NCBI GenBank assembly: GCA_051530055.1
Contig: JBMGUZ010000090.1
Span: 1-7,908, forward strand
Source: Neoechinorhynchus agilis
Lineage: Eukaryota; Animalia; Acanthocephala
Direction: 5' to 3'
DNA: 7,908 nt
Positions within the stretch are counted from its first letter, which is position 1; every line of letters starts with the position of its first letter. Of this stretch, positions 7,548-7,908 are shown one piece after another. A model generated the notes under the pieces. It made no database searches. It had not been told where the DNA came from and saw only the letters and a program-made list of their open reading frames with translations. The position numbers and the translations under genes are program-made.

Positions 7548-7590
7548 TTGCCGACGTTTCGGAAATTTATTCTTTCCATCTTCAGGGTAA
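7548..7590 (-). ncRNA. Minimal type I hammerhead ribozyme HHR3
   Basis: Minus strand reads TTACC-CTGAAGA(7585-7579)-T-GGAAA-GAATAAA-TTTCC-GAAA(7560-7557)-CGT-C/GGCAA. It has a 5-bp stem II, the ACGT palindrome and the canonical GUC site. Stem I TTACC/GGCAA has one A.C mismatch. Predicted cleavage at 7553/7552. Confidence 0.9.
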
Positions 7591-7631
7591 CGTTAACAGT
7601 CACACAATTTGTCAAACGCGCACGTAGAACC

Positions 7632-7650
7632 CAGCGTTAAACTAACGCTG
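7632..7650. repeat. Perfect 8-bp hairpin CAGCGTTA-AAC-TAACGCTG
   Basis: Inverted repeat 7632-7639/7643-7650 between the PLE3 stop codon and HHR3. Confidence 0.7.
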
Positions 7651-7660
7651 ACGTAAGCAA

Positions 7661-7906
7661 TCAATTATCACACTGATCGTAGAGTTTGAGAGTATTAAAC
7701 ATCTCATTGAATTTGATATTGATAATTGGTTTGTCGTGTTTAATGATTAATGCTTCGGCAGTTCTCAGTCTGTGCCTGTCGGTATCTTTGATAAGGATCT
7801 TGAAACATTTCTCAAATAGCGTTGGGTAGGATTCGTTGTGCGATTCATCCATGTGCTTCCTAATAGCGCTCGCTTTATATGTATGTTGGTTGATTCTGTC
7901 ACTCAA
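7661..7906 (-). CDS. PLE GIY-YIG endonuclease C-terminal half (5'-partial)
   Basis: LSDRINQH...SAIRKH...H...FKILIKD...RLRTAEALIIKHDKPIINIK matches the PLE pattern R..(E/Q)H / SA+..H / F.IL / L..EAL.I...P.IN. The GIY and YIG motifs themselves lie outside the window. Confidence 0.85.
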   Translation of the reverse strand: MSDRINQHTYKASAIRKHMDESHNESYPTLFEKCFKILIKDTDRHRLRTAEALIIKHDKPIINIKFNEMFNTLKLYDQCDN

Positions 7907-7908
7907 CA

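Larger units (their letters stand above)
7548..7908 (-). mobile_element. Third Penelope-like element (PLE3), 3' end; continues off the right edge
   Basis: GIY-YIG C-terminus, a 70-nt spacer with a hairpin, then HHR3. The true 3' boundary may extend below 7548. Confidence 0.85.

Noticed and set aside
6896-7615. Track ORFs 6896-7138 and 7424-7615 (-)
   Set aside because: They are alternate frames overlapping the longer ORF. The IHRFCQECL resemblance to PLE N-termini is too weak.
1-7908. CRISPR array, tRNA, rRNA
   Set aside because: No repeat-spacer periodicity, cloverleaf or rRNA-like sequence was seen; the context is eukaryotic.

Overview
This is AT-rich eukaryotic (probably animal) DNA dominated by mobile-element remnants and decaying genes. 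The strongest signal is the 3' ends of three different Penelope-like retroelements (PLEs): two head-to-tail on + at 1-~1290 and one on - at ~7548-7908. Each has a GIY-YIG endonuclease C-terminus followed by a minimal type I hammerhead ribozyme (CUGAAGA-N-stem II-GAAA-palindromic tetramer-H), at 423-464 +, 1194-1236 + and 7548-7590 -. The middle holds an orphan 380-aa ORF (3471-4613). Its last ~64 codons match the C-terminus of a CRE-type non-LTR retrotransposon inserted in frame. The apparent original gene tail (4647-5444, same frame, with a 37-41-codon tandem repeat) survives downstream with nonsense codons. Also present are a fossil Helitron Rep fragment with the HUH motif (5943-6245 -), an orphan Ser-rich ORF starting just 3' of the third ribozyme (6708-7484 -), candidate 26-46-nt introns, and two X-box-like motifs. 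All family assignments rest on motif recognition by eye; no search or folding program was run, and the organism cannot be identified.
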